Origin: an uncultured Actinomycetes bacterium
Lineage (GTDB): Bacteria; Actinomycetota; Thermoleophilia; UBA2241
Assembly (NCBI GenBank): GCA_963725665.1
Contig: CAVRZA010000004.1
Location: 416,001-480,000 of the forward strand
DNA: 64,000 nt
Direction of reading: 5' to 3'
Shown here: positions 30,526-40,823 of the stretch, one piece after another
Position numbering within the stretch: position 1 is the stretch's first letter
Layout: each line of letters opens with the position of its first letter
Program-made: the position numbers and the translations under genes
Notes under the pieces: generated by a model
What the model saw: the letters and a program-made list of their open reading frames with translations, nothing else
Databases searched by the model: none
Told to the model about the DNA's origin: nothing

Positions 30526-30600
30526 CCGGCGCGCCCCCGCCGGCGCGCCGCCCGCCGGCGCGCCACCTGCCGGCGCGCCGCCGGCCGACGCGCCCCCCGC
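30526..30600 (+). repeat. About 15-bp tandem repeat (CCGGCGCGCC-core), encoding PAGAP repeats
   Basis: Four to five copies visible; in frame with the downstream Gate-domain ORF (PAGAPPADAPPAFSVAVRRDLRSGVRS). Confidence 0.7.
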
Positions 30601-30637
30601 GTTCTCCGTCGCCGTACGCCGCGACCTACGGAGCGGA

Positions 30638-31036
30638 GTGCGATCCGGTCTGCACACCTTCTGGATCCTCGCGCGCGCCATGATCCCGGCGTACTTGCTG
30701 GCGCTGGTCCTCAAGGAGCTCGGGGTCATCGACTGGCTGGCCCACGCGGCGGGGCCCGTGATGTCGCTCCTGGGCCTTCCGGGCGACGCCGCGGTGCCGC
30801 TGCTGCTCGCCTACATCCTCAACCTTTACGCCGCCGTGGGGGCCATGCAGGCGCTCACTCTGAGCGCGCAGCAGATCACCGTGCTCGCCCTGGCGATACT
30901 CATCGGCCACAACCTGCTCGTCGAGGGTGCCGTGCAGCGGCGCACAGGGATGAATCCCTTCTTCTTCGGCGCCCTGCGAGTGGTGGCAGGCCTTGCGTGC
31001 GGCGCCGTGGCCAACCTGATCATGAACGCTCTGTGA
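30638..31036 (+). CDS. Nucleoside recognition (Gate) domain membrane protein A
   Basis: PVMSLLGLPGDAAVPL, NLYAAVG, HNLLVEG; probably extends 5' to about 30480. Confidence 0.8.
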   Translation: MRSGLHTFWILARAMIPAYLLALVLKELGVIDWLAHAAGPVMSLLGLPGDAAVPLLLAYILNLYAAVGAMQALTLSAQQITVLALAILIGHNLLVEGAVQRRTGMNPFFFGALRVVAGLACGAVANLIMNAL

Positions 31037-31086
31037 GGATGCCGTGACGACGACGCGACGGCACGTGCGCGAAGAACGGGGAAGAA

Positions 31087-31542
31087 GTGGCTGACTTCAT
31101 CCGTACCTTCCTCGCGGGCAGCTTGGACCTGCTCATCCGGGTGTTCGTCATCGTCGTGCCCATCATGGTGGTGCTCGAGCTCTTCGAGGGGAGCAGGCCC
31201 TTCGCGGCCCTGGTGCGCGGCTGGTCGCGCCTCGTGGGACGACTCGGTCTCACCGAGGAGACGGCCGCTCCTACGCTCATCGGGTTCCTCTTCGGCATCG
31301 CCTATGGCGGCGGCGTGATCGTCCGCGACACCGAGCGTCACGGCCTCGGGCGTCGGCAAGTGTTTCTGATGAGCGTCTTCCTGAGCATGGTGCACGCCAT
31401 CGTCGAGGACAGCCTGGTGCTCGTCGCCGTCGGAGCGAGCGCCCTCTGGATCTTCGGCTTCCGCACCGTCTGGGCGATCGGCGTGACGGCCGTCTTGGGC
31501 GCCGCCGCGACGGCGTTCGCGCGGCGGCGGCGCCGGTCGTGA
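31087..31542 (+). CDS. Nucleoside recognition (Gate) domain membrane protein B
   Basis: GFLFGIAYGGGVI, HAIVEDSLV. Confidence 0.8.
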   Translation: MADFIRTFLAGSLDLLIRVFVIVVPIMVVLELFEGSRPFAALVRGWSRLVGRLGLTEETAAPTLIGFLFGIAYGGGVIVRDTERHGLGRRQVFLMSVFLSMVHAIVEDSLVLVAVGASALWIFGFRTVWAIGVTAVLGAAATAFARRRRRS

Positions 31543-31604
31543 TCGGGGCGCGGCGAGTCGGACGGGGACCCGGCGTAGACGCCTCGATCCGAGAGCGTTC
31601 ATTC

Positions 31605-31633
31605 TTGACCAAGCTTATCCAGTTTGTCATTCT
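31605..31633 (+). promoter_or_regulatory. Sigma70-type promoter overlapped by a probable Rrf2 operator; leaderless start
   Basis: TTGACC-17 bp-CATTCT, 6 nt before GTG 31640; imperfect inverted repeat TGACCAAG...GTTTGTCA. Confidence 0.6.
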
Positions 31634-31639
31634 GAAGCT

Positions 31640-32083
31640 GTGAACATCTCGGCCAAGAGCAGGTACGCGGTGCGCGCGCTGGTCGAGCTCGCCGAGCGCG
31701 CGGAGGCGGCGCCGGGCAAGCCCGTCCGGCTGGGCGACATCGCCGAAACGCGTGACATCCCGCCGCAGTTCCTCGAGCAGCTCTTCTCCTCGCTGCGTCG
31801 CTCGGGCCTCTTGCGCAGCCACCGCGGCGCCAGCGGTGGCTTCAGCTTCGCCCGGCGCCCCGAGGAGATCACCGTGTTGGAGGTCGTCGAGGCTCTCGAC
31901 GGTCTCCTCTCTCCGGCGACTTGCACGCAGGGCGAGTGCGACCGGCTCGACGGCTGCGGCGCCGCGGGCGTGTGGATCGAAGCCAAACAGGCTCTCGAAG
32001 AGGTGCTGGGGCGTGCCACCATCGCCGGCCTGCTCGAGCGCGAGCGCCGTGCCAGAGCGCGTCCGGCGATGTACTACATCTAG
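31640..32083 (+). CDS. Rrf2 family regulator (CymR/IscR-like)
   Basis: KSRYAVRAL, FLEQLFSSLRRSGL, RGASGGF, three Cys, MYYI C-terminus typical of CysK-binding tails. Confidence 0.9.
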   Translation: MNISAKSRYAVRALVELAERAEAAPGKPVRLGDIAETRDIPPQFLEQLFSSLRRSGLLRSHRGASGGFSFARRPEEITVLEVVEALDGLLSPATCTQGECDRLDGCGAAGVWIEAKQALEEVLGRATIAGLLERERRARARPAMYYI

Positions 32084-32131
32084 GTGCGGCGTAGCGGGTC
32101 GCAGGCAGAGCACCGACGCCAGGGAGAACTG

Positions 32132-33082
32132 ATGAAGGTCGCAGGCAACGTCACGGAGCTCATCGGGCACACGCCGCTCGTGAGACTGGCACGTCTCTCA
32201 GATGAGTCGGGGGCGACGATCGTCGGCAAGCTCGAGTCGTTCAACCCCGGTGGGAGCGTGAAGGACCGTATCGGCCTCGCCATGCTCGACGCTGCCGAAC
32301 GTGACGGCGGCATCGCCCCGGGACGCACGACCATCATCGAGCCGACGAGCGGCAACACCGGCATCGCACTCGCCATGGTCGCGGCCGCGCGCGGGTACGA
32401 GATCGTCCTCACCATGCCTGAGACCATGAGCCTCGAGCGTCGCACCCTGTTCAGGGCCTACGGCGCGCGGCTCGTGCTCACGCCGGGCGCCGAGGGCATG
32501 AGCGGCGCCATCGCCAAGGCAAAGGAGCTGGCCGCGAGCGACCCGCATGCTTTCGTCCCGCAGCAGTTCGAGAACCCCCACAACCCGCGCATCCATCGCG
32601 AGACGACGGGCGAGGAGATCTGGCGCGACACCGACGGCGAGGTCGACGTGTTCGTGGCCGCCGTCGGCACGGGCGGCACGTTGACGGGCGTCGGCCAAGT
32701 GCTCAAGGAGCGCAAGCCCGGCGTGCACGTGGTGGCAGTGGAGCCTGAGCAGTCGTCGGTGCTCTCGGGCGGGCCGGCGGGGCCGCACAAGATCCAGGGC
32801 ATCGGAGCCGGCTTCGTGCCCGCCGTGCTCGACCGGGAGTCCTACGACGAGGTCCTGTGCGTGGGCGACGACGACGCCATCGAGACGGCGCGCCGGCTGG
32901 CGCGCGACGAGGGGCTCCTCGTCGGTATCTCGGCCGGCGCCAATGCTTTCGCCGCGTTCGAGGTCGGCCGGCGCAGCGAGAACGCCGGCAAGCTGATCGT
33001 GACCGTCCTCTGCGACACGGGCGAGCGCTACCTCTCGACGCCGCTCTTCGCTGAGCCTGCCGCCGTTCTCGGGTTGGGATGA
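32132..33082 (+). CDS. cysK: Cysteine synthase A
   Basis: [41 protein letters not shown]. Confidence 0.95.
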   Translation: MKVAGNVTELIGHTPLVRLARLSDESGATIVGKLESFNPGGSVKDRIGLAMLDAAERDGGIAPGRTTIIEPTSGNTGIALAMVAAARGYEIVLTMPETMSLERRTLFRAYGARLVLTPGAEGMSGAIAKAKELAASDPHAFVPQQFENPHNPRIHRETTGEEIWRDTDGEVDVFVAAVGTGGTLTGVGQVLKERKPGVHVVAVEPEQSSVLSGGPAGPHKIQGIGAGFVPAVLDRESYDEVLCVGDDDAIETARRLARDEGLLVGISAGANAFAAFEVGRRSENAGKLIVTVLCDTGERYLSTPLFAEPAAVLGLG

Positions 33083-33089
33083 GCGCGGC

Positions 33090-33947
33090 ATGAGCCTGCG
33101 CGACGACGAGCGAGAGCGGTACGGCCGCCACCTGGTGATCCCCGACATCGGGGAAGAGGGGCAGGAGCGGCTCAAGCGCGGCAGCGTGCTCGTGGTCGGC
33201 ACGGGAGGTCTCGGCTCACCGGCGCTCTTCTATCTCGCCGCCGCCGGAGTCGGGAGGCTGGGAATCGTCGACAGCGACGTGGTCGAGCTCTCGAATCTAC
33301 AGCGGCAGATCCTGCATGCGACCGACGACCTGGGGCGCGCCAAGACAGAGAGCGGGGCCGCGACCCTGCGGGCGCTCAACCCCGACGTCACCGTCGAGCG
33401 CCATCAGGTGCGCTGCGACGCCGCCAACGCGGGCGAGCTCGTGAGCGCCTACGACGTCGTGATCGACGCGGTCGACAACTTCGCTAGCCGCTTCCTTCTG
33501 AACGACGCCTGCGTGCTCGCGCGCAAGACGCTTGTCGAGGGAGCCATCCTGCGCTTCACGGGCCTTGCGATCACAATCAGGGGTGGGGAGACGGCCTGCT
33601 ACCGCTGTCTGTTCCCGCGCGAACCGGAGAAGGAGGACGCGCCGACGACGGCTGAGGCGGGGGTCTTCGGGCCTGTACCGGGCGTGATCGGGGCGGTGCA
33701 GGCGGCCGAAGCCATCAAGGTGCTCGTCGGCTTCGGCCGCCCGCTCTACGACCGCCTGCTGCAGGTCGACCTGGCCGATATGAGCTTCACGGAGGTCGAG
33801 GTCGCGCGCGACCCGGCCTGCCCGGTGTGCGGCGAGCGGCCCACCATCACTGATCTCAGTCGAGATGAGAGGGCGGCCGCGTCAGCGCACGAGACAGGCG
33901 CCGGCCCCAGCGGCCACGAGACGAGTGTCGGGGAGGCGAGGGCGTGA
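33090..33947 (+). CDS. moeB: MoeB/ThiF family adenylyltransferase
   Basis: RYGRH, GTGGLG, DVVELSNLQRQ, CYRC, CPVC. Confidence 0.88.
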   Translation: MSLRDDERERYGRHLVIPDIGEEGQERLKRGSVLVVGTGGLGSPALFYLAAAGVGRLGIVDSDVVELSNLQRQILHATDDLGRAKTESGAATLRALNPDVTVERHQVRCDAANAGELVSAYDVVIDAVDNFASRFLLNDACVLARKTLVEGAILRFTGLAITIRGGETACYRCLFPREPEKEDAPTTAEAGVFGPVPGVIGAVQAAEAIKVLVGFGRPLYDRLLQVDLADMSFTEVEVARDPACPVCGERPTITDLSRDERAAASAHETGAGPSGHETSVGEARA

Positions 33948-34810
33948 GCGCTGTCGTCGGCGATCGGGCGCGCGAGGGCGGCCGCGGCGAGGCCGCGGCC
34001 GCCCTCGCGCGCCTCGAGAGCGTGCTGGCGCCGCTGCCGTCGGTCTGCGTCGCCTTCTCGGGCGGCGTCGACTCGACCCTCGTGCTGGCCGCCGCGGCGC
34101 GCGTGCTCGGACCCGAGCGCGTCGTGGCCTTCACGGCGGCGTCCGAGACGTACCGTCCCGACGAGCTCGCGCAGGCGCGCGAGCTGGCGGCCGCCTTCGG
34201 CGTCCGCCAGCTTGTCGTCGAGACGCGCGAGCTCGACGACCCGCGCTTCGCCGCGAACCCCAGGGAGCGCTGTTACTACTGCAAGACGCACTTGGTCGAG
34301 GAGATGATGCGCGTGGCGCGCGACAACGGTGCCGACGCGCTGCTCGACGGCGCCAACTCCGACGACCTGGGCGACGAGCGTCCCGGCCTCCGGGCGGCGC
34401 ACGAGCACGGCGTGCGTCACCCTCTGATCGAGGCCGGCCTGACGAAGGACGACGTGCGCGCCGTGTCGGGGCTGCTCGCGCTGCCGACGGCCGAGAAGCC
34501 CCAGCAGGCCTGTCTCGCCTCGCGCCTGCCGTACGGCAGTCCTATCACACCTGAGAAGCTGCACCAGATCGGGGCCGCCGAGGATGTCCTGCGCGAGCTC
34601 GGCTTCGGTCAGTGCCGCGTGCGTCATCACGGCGAGACGGCGCGCATCGAGGTCGATGCCGACGAGATCGAGCGCGCAGCCGGCGCACCCGTACGCGAAG
34701 AGCTGGTGCGCCGGCTGCGCGCCCTGGGCTTCACCTACGTGACTCTTGATTTGAGGGGCTTTCGTTCGGGAAGCATGAACGAGGTGAGGACATGGACGCC
34801 AGACCAGTAG
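33944..34810 (+). CDS. larE: LarE-type ATP-dependent sulfur insertase
   Basis: [10 protein letters not shown]-loop, [28 protein letters not shown]. Confidence 0.9.
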   Translation: MSAVVGDRAREGGRGEAAAALARLESVLAPLPSVCVAFSGGVDSTLVLAAAARVLGPERVVAFTAASETYRPDELAQARELAAAFGVRQLVVETRELDDPRFAANPRERCYYCKTHLVEEMMRVARDNGADALLDGANSDDLGDERPGLRAAHEHGVRHPLIEAGLTKDDVRAVSGLLALPTAEKPQQACLASRLPYGSPITPEKLHQIGAAEDVLRELGFGQCRVRHHGETARIEVDADEIERAAGAPVREELVRRLRALGFTYVTLDLRGFRSGSMNEVRTWTPDQ

Positions 34811-35742
34811 AGGTCGAGGAGACACCGTCCGCGGCCGGCGCGGGACGCGGGGAGACGGCGTCCGCGATGGCTGCAGGACGCCGGGAGGCATCACTCGCGG
34901 TCGAGGCGGGGCGCGACGAGTCATCGTCGATGAACGGAGGACGGCCCAGTGTGACGCGCGCGGTCGTCGACGGCGTGTCGTTCGCGGCGCGGCTGGCTCG
35001 CTTCGGGCGTCGCGAACTGGAGCGCGCGCGACGCGACGTGCGGGCCGTCAAGGAGCGTGACCCAGCGGCCACGAGCGCCGTCGAGATCGTCACCTCCTAT
35101 TCCGGCTTGCACGCGCTCTGGCTGCACCGGTTCGCCCATCCGCTCTACGAGCACCGCGTGCCTCTCGCGCCGCGCTGGATCTCGCAGTTCAGTCGCTTCC
35201 TCACCGGGATCGAGATCCACCCCGGTGCGAGGATCGGCGAGTCGTTCTTCATCGACCACGGCTCAGGGGTGGTCATCGGCGAGACCACGGAGGTGGGCGA
35301 CAACGTCACTCTCTACCAGGGTGTGACGCTGGGCGGTACGGGCAAGGAGACCGGCAAACGGCACCCCACGCTGGGCGACAACATCGTCGTTGGGGCCGGC
35401 GCGCAGCTGCTCGGCTCCATCAGGATAGGAGACAACGCGCGCATCGGCGCCGGCAGCGTCGTCGTGCACGACGTGCCACGCGACTCGACCGTCGTCGGCA
35501 ACCCCGGCCACCCCGTGCTTCTCGAAGGGCAGCGCGTCGGCATCCCCGACATCGACTACACGCACCTCCCCGACCCCGTGGCCGAGGCCATGCGCTGCCT
35601 GGTGAAGCGCATCGTCGAGCTCGAGAACGAGCTCGACGACCTCTACCCCGAGCGCAAAGAGAAGCGCAGGGCCAAGACCGCCTACGCCGAGCGGCGCATC
35701 ACGGAGTACATGAGCGAGTTCGCCGGAGGGGCCGGCATCTGA
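34792..35742 (+). CDS. cysE: Serine O-acetyltransferase (start uncertain)
   Basis: [34 protein letters not shown]. Confidence 0.92.
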   Translation: MDARPVEVEETPSAAGAGRGETASAMAAGRREASLAVEAGRDESSSMNGGRPSVTRAVVDGVSFAARLARFGRRELERARRDVRAVKERDPAATSAVEIVTSYSGLHALWLHRFAHPLYEHRVPLAPRWISQFSRFLTGIEIHPGARIGESFFIDHGSGVVIGETTEVGDNVTLYQGVTLGGTGKETGKRHPTLGDNIVVGAGAQLLGSIRIGDNARIGAGSVVVHDVPRDSTVVGNPGHPVLLEGQRVGIPDIDYTHLPDPVAEAMRCLVKRIVELENELDDLYPERKEKRRAKTAYAERRITEYMSEFAGGAGI

Positions 35743-35875
35743 AGGCGACCGCTTCGGCGAGGCGCCGGCGACGATCGGCGGCGGCGGCGCTCACTGCGGC
35801 GGCATCCCGGTCGTTGCTCAGGGGTATGCTACGATGCGACGACCCGCCACCCGCCTAGGAGCGTGAACTAAGACC

Positions 35876-36178
35876 GTGAGCCACGTACGACGCCTCGTCC
35901 TCGACGTCCTCAAGCCGCATCAGCCAACCATGCTGACGCTGGCCGACAAGCTCGGCGACCTCGAGGGCGTGCAGGGCATCGACATCAGCCTGCTCGAGAT
36001 CGACAGCAAGGTCGAGAACATCAAGATCACCCTGGAGGGCACCGACATCGACTACGAGGAGGTCTCCGAGGTGATCCAGGAGAGCGGCGGCAGCATCCAC
36101 TCCATCGACAAGGTCTCCACGGGCAAACGCCTCGTCGAGGAGGCGGAGACGCCGCAGGACGCGGGCTGGCCGCGGTGA
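35876..36178 (+). CDS. DUF211 family protein
   Basis: RRLVLDVLKPH...KITLEG...GGSIHSID signature. Confidence 0.85.
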   Translation: MSHVRRLVLDVLKPHQPTMLTLADKLGDLEGVQGIDISLLEIDSKVENIKITLEGTDIDYEEVSEVIQESGGSIHSIDKVSTGKRLVEEAETPQDAGWPR

Positions 36179-36227
36179 CGGCCGGTCCGGCGGCTGACCT
36201 CTGACCTCCACACGCCCGGCGGGCGCC

Positions 36228-36821
36228 ATGTCGTGGATCCGCGACAAGGTCGAACTACTCCAGCACTATCACACGGTCTCCGGGGCGGGCGAGATCGTGC
36301 GCCGCTACTTCGCCATGAACGCCTTCGACGGCGTGCTGACGACTCTCGGCGTGCTCGTCGGGGCCTATCTGGGCGGCGTCGAGAACCGGGGGACGATCAT
36401 CACCGTCGTGCTGACGACCGCCGTTGGCATGAGCGTCTCGGGGTTCTACGGCTCGTACCTGGTCGAGAAGGCCGAGCGTGGCCGGGCCATGCGCGAGCTC
36501 GAGGAATCAACGCTGTCGAGCCTCGAGAACACCGACATCGCCTCGGCCTCCAGATACGCGACCATCCTCATCGCGGTGGTCGACGGCGCCTCGCCGTTCG
36601 GCGCCGCGCTGCTGTGCATCGTCCCGTTCTTCTTCGCCGACGCGGTGACGGTCAGGGCGGAGTACATCGCCGCCCTGGGCGTCGCCTTCGTCGAGATGTT
36701 CCTGCTCGGCGTGTACCTGGGACGCATCTCGCGCGAGCGCTGGCTGTGGGCGGGGGCCAAGTTCATGGCCGCCGGGCTGGTCGCCCTCGGGCTCAGCCTG
36801 CTGCTCGAGGGCCGCTTCTGA
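36228..36821 (+). CDS. VIT1/CCC1-like membrane protein (archaeal type)
   Basis: RRYFAMNAFDGVLTTLG, SGFYGSYLVEKAER, multiple TMs. Confidence 0.8.
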   Translation: MSWIRDKVELLQHYHTVSGAGEIVRRYFAMNAFDGVLTTLGVLVGAYLGGVENRGTIITVVLTTAVGMSVSGFYGSYLVEKAERGRAMRELEESTLSSLENTDIASASRYATILIAVVDGASPFGAALLCIVPFFFADAVTVRAEYIAALGVAFVEMFLLGVYLGRISRERWLWAGAKFMAAGLVALGLSLLLEGRF

Positions 36822-36845
36822 TGCCGCGGCGCCGACAGTAGGAAG

Positions 36846-39239
36846 ATGACGATGACCGCGGCGGAGTCGCCCCTGCTCGCCGGCCTCAACCAGCCGCAGC
36901 GCGAGGCGGTCGAGCACTACGAGGGCCCCCTGCTCATCCTCGCCGGCGCGGGGTCGGGCAAGACCCGGGTGCTCACGCATCGCGTGGCCTACCTGATCTA
37001 CGCCTACGGGGTGCGACCCGAGGAGATCCTCGCCATCACGTTCACCAACAAGGCCGCCGGCGAGATGAAGCAGCGCATCGGGCAACTCATCGGCCCCATC
37101 GCGCGCACCATGTGGATCAGCACCTTCCACTCCATGTGCGCCCGCATCCTGCGCCGCGAGGCCAAGCGCCTGGGGTACAAGTCGACGTTCTCGATCTACG
37201 ACGAGGACGACCGCCGTCGGCTGATCAAGCGCTGCCTCGAGGAGCTCGACCTCGACCCCAAGCGGCTGCCGCCCGAGGCCCTCGTGCGCACCATCTCCGA
37301 CGCCAAGAACCAGCTCCAGGACCCTGAAACGTTCAAGGAGCAGGTGGGGAGCTTCTTCGCCCAGCACGCGGCACGCGTCTACGAGCTCTACGAGAAGAAG
37401 CTCATGGAGAACAACGCCATGGACTTCGACGACCTGCTCATGAAGACGGTCAACCTCTTCGAGCTCTTCCCCGACCGGCTGGCGCACTACCAGCGCACGT
37501 TCCGCTTCGTCCTCGTCGACGAGTACCAGGACACCAACCACGCGCAGTACCGGCTCGCCAACCTGCTCGCCGGCGGGCACCGCAACCTCGCCGTGGTCGG
37601 CGACGACGACCAGTCGATCTACTCCTGGCGCGGCGCCGACATCCGCAACATCCTCGAGTTCGAGCGCGACTACCCCGACGCCAAGGTGATCAGGCTAGAG
37701 CAGAACTACCGCTCCACGCAGCGCATCCTCGACGCCGCCAACGCCGTCGTACGCCACAACCGCGAGCGCAAGGGCAAGCATCTGTGGACGGCCGAGGGCG
37801 AGGGCGCGCTCGTCAAGGTCGTCGAGGTCAACGACGAGCGCGCCGAGGCCCAGTTCGTGGCCAGCGAGGTGCAGAAGCTACTCGAGGGCGAGGCCGACGA
37901 GACGCCGGCCGACAGGCTGCGCAAGGCCGGCCTGTTCGGCCGCGACGAGGGTGCGCGGCAGCCGCAGGACGCGGCCGCGCGATCGGCCGCTGCTGCGCGA
38001 TCGCGCGGCGCTGCCTCAAGTGGCGCCTCCTCGGGCGGCCCGTCCGTCGATGCCTACACGCCCGACCAGATCGCCGTGCTCTACCGCACCAACGCGCAGT
38101 CGCGCGTGATCGAGGAGGAGTTCGGCCGCTACGCCATCAGCTACCAGGTGATCGGCGGCACGAAGTTCTACGAGCGCGCCGAGATCCGCGACCTCCTCGC
38201 CTACCTCTGGGTGATCCAGAACCCAGACGACGAGCAGCGCCTGCTGCGTATCGTCAACACGCCGCGGCGCGGCATCGGCAAGACCACGCTGCAGCGGCTG
38301 CAAGGCGAGGCGGCGACCATGGGGGAGACCCTGTGGGACGTGATGGCGCGCGTGGAGGAGGTGCCCGCCGTCACGTCCGGCGCGGCCGCGTCGCTGACGC
38401 AGTTCGTGAAGCTGATCGACGACCTCCGCGGCCTGGCCGCCGACAAGAAGGCCGCGGAGGTCGTCCGCGCCGTGCTCGAGCACTCGGGCTACGAGGCGGC
38501 CCTTCGCGCGCAGAGGACCCTCGAAGCGGAGGGCCGCCTCGAGAACCTCGAGGAGCTCGTCGGCGTCGCCCAGGAGTTCGACGAACGCAGACAGCAGGCC
38601 GGCGAGGAGCCCAGGCTGCAGGAGTTCCTGCAGGAGGTCTCACTCTTCGCCGACACCGACGCGCTGGTCGAGAACGAGGCCAAGATCACCCTCATGACCT
38701 TGCACAACGCCAAGGGGCTCGAGTTCCCGGTGGTCTTCATCACCGGCATGGAGGAGGGCGTCTTCCCTCATCAGCGCTCCCTCGACGAGCAGAACATCGA
38801 GGAGGAGCGCCGCCTCGCCTACGTCGGCATCACGCGCGCCATGCGTCGCCTCTACCTGGTGCACGCGCGGGCGCGCAACCTGTGGGGCAGCTCGCTGTAC
38901 GGCATCCCGTCGCGCTTTCTGGGTGAGCTGCCCTCCGACCAGGTGCAGAAGGTCACCGTGGGACAGGCGCTGCGCTACAATGCCGCCTCGGGGGGGTGGG
39001 ACACCGGGCCATCCTGGGGTCGCCGCGGCGCTGCGGGCGAGCGGGCGGGAAGCGCACTCGGCGAGCAGGTCGTGGAGCAGTACTTCGCGCCCGGCGACCG
39101 CGTGCTGCACGCCACGCTCGGCGAGGGCACGGTGCTCTCCATGGAGCACGGTGGCATCGTGCTCGTGCGCTTCGAGAACGACGGCTCCGAGCGCCGCCTC
39201 ATGGCCAGTGTGGCACCGCTCAAGAAGCTGCGCGGCTGA
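36846..39239 (+). CDS. pcrA: ATP-dependent DNA helicase PcrA/UvrD
   Basis: AGAGSGKT, TFTNKAA, DEYQDTN, QNYRST, HNAKGLEF, EERRLAYVGITRA, C-terminal Tudor-like domain. Confidence 0.96.
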   Translation: MTMTAAESPLLAGLNQPQREAVEHYEGPLLILAGAGSGKTRVLTHRVAYLIYAYGVRPEEILAITFTNKAAGEMKQRIGQLIGPIARTMWISTFHSMCARILRREAKRLGYKSTFSIYDEDDRRRLIKRCLEELDLDPKRLPPEALVRTISDAKNQLQDPETFKEQVGSFFAQHAARVYELYEKKLMENNAMDFDDLLMKTVNLFELFPDRLAHYQRTFRFVLVDEYQDTNHAQYRLANLLAGGHRNLAVVGDDDQSIYSWRGADIRNILEFERDYPDAKVIRLEQNYRSTQRILDAANAVVRHNRERKGKHLWTAEGEGALVKVVEVNDERAEAQFVASEVQKLLEGEADETPADRLRKAGLFGRDEGARQPQDAAARSAAAARSRGAASSGASSGGPSVDAYTPDQIAVLYRTNAQSRVIEEEFGRYAISYQVIGGTKFYERAEIRDLLAYLWVIQNPDDEQRLLRIVNTPRRGIGKTTLQRLQGEAATMGETLWDVMARVEEVPAVTSGAAASLTQFVKLIDDLRGLAADKKAAEVVRAVLEHSGYEAALRAQRTLEAEGRLENLEELVGVAQEFDERRQQAGEEPRLQEFLQEVSLFADTDALVENEAKITLMTLHNAKGLEFPVVFITGMEEGVFPHQRSLDEQNIEEERRLAYVGITRAMRRLYLVHARARNLWGSSLYGIPSRFLGELPSDQVQKVTVGQALRYNAASGGWDTGPSWGRRGAAGERAGSALGEQVVEQYFAPGDRVLHATLGEGTVLSMEHGGIVLVRFENDGSERRLMASVAPLKKLRG

Positions 39240-39332
39240 CACGGCACAGTCAGGAGGCGTGGGGTCGCTTCCGGGCGGCGCCGACATCGCCGATGTCGTG
39301 CAGGTCATGGGATAAGCCAGGTAGGAGGATCG

Positions 39333-40343
39333 ATGGTGGACGGACGAGTGGCGGGTGGGCCTGCGGGGCACGACTACGACGCATTCGTGAGCTACAAGAG
39401 TGAGGACGTCACCGTGGTCAGAGCCGTGGCCGACGGGTTGATCGCGGCCGGCGCCCGCGTCTGGTTCGCGGAGTACGAGATCCTGCTCTCCGGTCGAGAG
39501 CGCTTCCAGGAGCGGATCGACGAGGGCATCCGCCGCTCGGCCTATGGGTTGGTGTTCACCAACGACCGCTTCGTCGGTTCGCCCTACTGCCGACGTGAGC
39601 TCGACCAACTGCTCGAGTTCGCCGGTCCCGAGCGCATCATGGAGATCACGCTGCCCCGCGAAGAAGGGCCGCACCGTGAGTACCCCTCGCTCGACCGCAG
39701 CGACTTGCTCGACCTGCGAGATCCCGACGAGATCCTGCGGCGCGCGGGTGCGCGGCTCGGGATATCACCCGTCGAGCGACCCCGACCGAGGCGCCGAGGA
39801 TACCGGGACCCCGCCGGCCACCACAGCGGGACGAAGGGACAGCCTGAGGCGTACGAGGGGTCTCTCCTTGGCCGGCCCTACCGGATAGCGCTCAGCGGCT
39901 GGACGATCGAGAAGGACCCGGCCCGCGATCCGCGCTATGCGGGGTGGGCCCCCGAGTTCAAGTACGCCGTCAAGCGGCCGGTCCTCATCGTCAACGTGGT
40001 GGCCGGCACCGAGGTCTCGCCCGAAGCGCAGCGTCTCCAGGAGGTCGAAGGCGACCGGGCCGTCTATGAATTCCTCCTCGCATATGCGCCGCGTCATCTG
40101 GGCACGATCGGGGCCGAAGCACGTGGCGTACACCTGCTGCTCAAAGACGGACGCAGCCAGATGGGTCTGACCTACTTCATGGACGACTACTGGACGCGGA
40201 AGGTGTCGGTCATCATCCCCAACGAAGCGGTGTCGGCGGCTGGCGAATTCGTGTTCACCTTCGGGCTCTTCGGTTCGTTCCGGGAGTATTGCCTCATGAC
40301 TCGACTAATGGACGATCTCGTCCTCTCGCTCACCTGGGATTGA
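39333..40343 (+). CDS. TIR domain protein with unknown C-terminal domain
   Basis: YDAFVSYKSED, VWFAE, SPYCRREL (catalytic Glu). Confidence 0.8.
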   Translation: MVDGRVAGGPAGHDYDAFVSYKSEDVTVVRAVADGLIAAGARVWFAEYEILLSGRERFQERIDEGIRRSAYGLVFTNDRFVGSPYCRRELDQLLEFAGPERIMEITLPREEGPHREYPSLDRSDLLDLRDPDEILRRAGARLGISPVERPRPRRRGYRDPAGHHSGTKGQPEAYEGSLLGRPYRIALSGWTIEKDPARDPRYAGWAPEFKYAVKRPVLIVNVVAGTEVSPEAQRLQEVEGDRAVYEFLLAYAPRHLGTIGAEARGVHLLLKDGRSQMGLTYFMDDYWTRKVSVIIPNEAVSAAGEFVFTFGLFGSFREYCLMTRLMDDLVLSLTWD

Positions 40344-40458
40344 ATGAGCCGACTCCAACGAGAGACGATGGAGACCGCGGGTGCCCGGTATCTCGCGGCG
40401 CCCCGACATATAGTCGCGCGAGGCCGCGAGGGCCTCGCCGGCGAGGAAGGGGGATGAG

Positions 40459-40755
40459 GTGGGTCTCTTCGGTTCCGACAGCGCCGAGGGCGTCGTGAAG
40501 TCCATCCAGTCAGCGTACCCAGACCTGGACGTCGCAGCGGAGGTCCAGAAGCAGTCGTTCGGCAAGTGTCTCTGTGTTGTCATCCGCGACGAGCAGGGAT
40601 CCGGGCTGGATGGCGATCAGGCACGCGAGATCGCGCAGCGCGCATGGACGATCGCCCACGACAACGCCAGCAAAGAGTACGTTCTCGTGAGCGCCATCGA
40701 CGCGGAGGGCGGCGAATGGCTTGTCGACGAGTCGGGAACGGCTTCCAAGTTCTAG
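40459..40755 (+). CDS. Hypothetical protein
   Basis: 98-aa ORF with purine-rich RBS and coding-like composition. Confidence 0.55.
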   Translation: MGLFGSDSAEGVVKSIQSAYPDLDVAAEVQKQSFGKCLCVVIRDEQGSGLDGDQAREIAQRAWTIAHDNASKEYVLVSAIDAEGGEWLVDESGTASKF

Positions 40756-40823
40756 GGGTATCGTCTACCGGGCAGTGACCCCCATGGGCGAGCATTGCGT
40801 CGTCGCGTGAGTCTCGCCCGAGT

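Noticed and set aside
30526-30600. CRISPR-like array
   Set aside because: Contiguous 15-bp repeats without spacers that encode a Pro/Ala linker; no cas genes
33090-33947. moeB as part of the ubiquitination-like system
   Set aside because: Ordinary MoeB/ThiF in a sulfur operon, 17 kb from the E2/JAB genes
37885-38060. Intein in PcrA
   Set aside because: Too short; no N-terminal Cys/Ser block or C-terminal His-Asn
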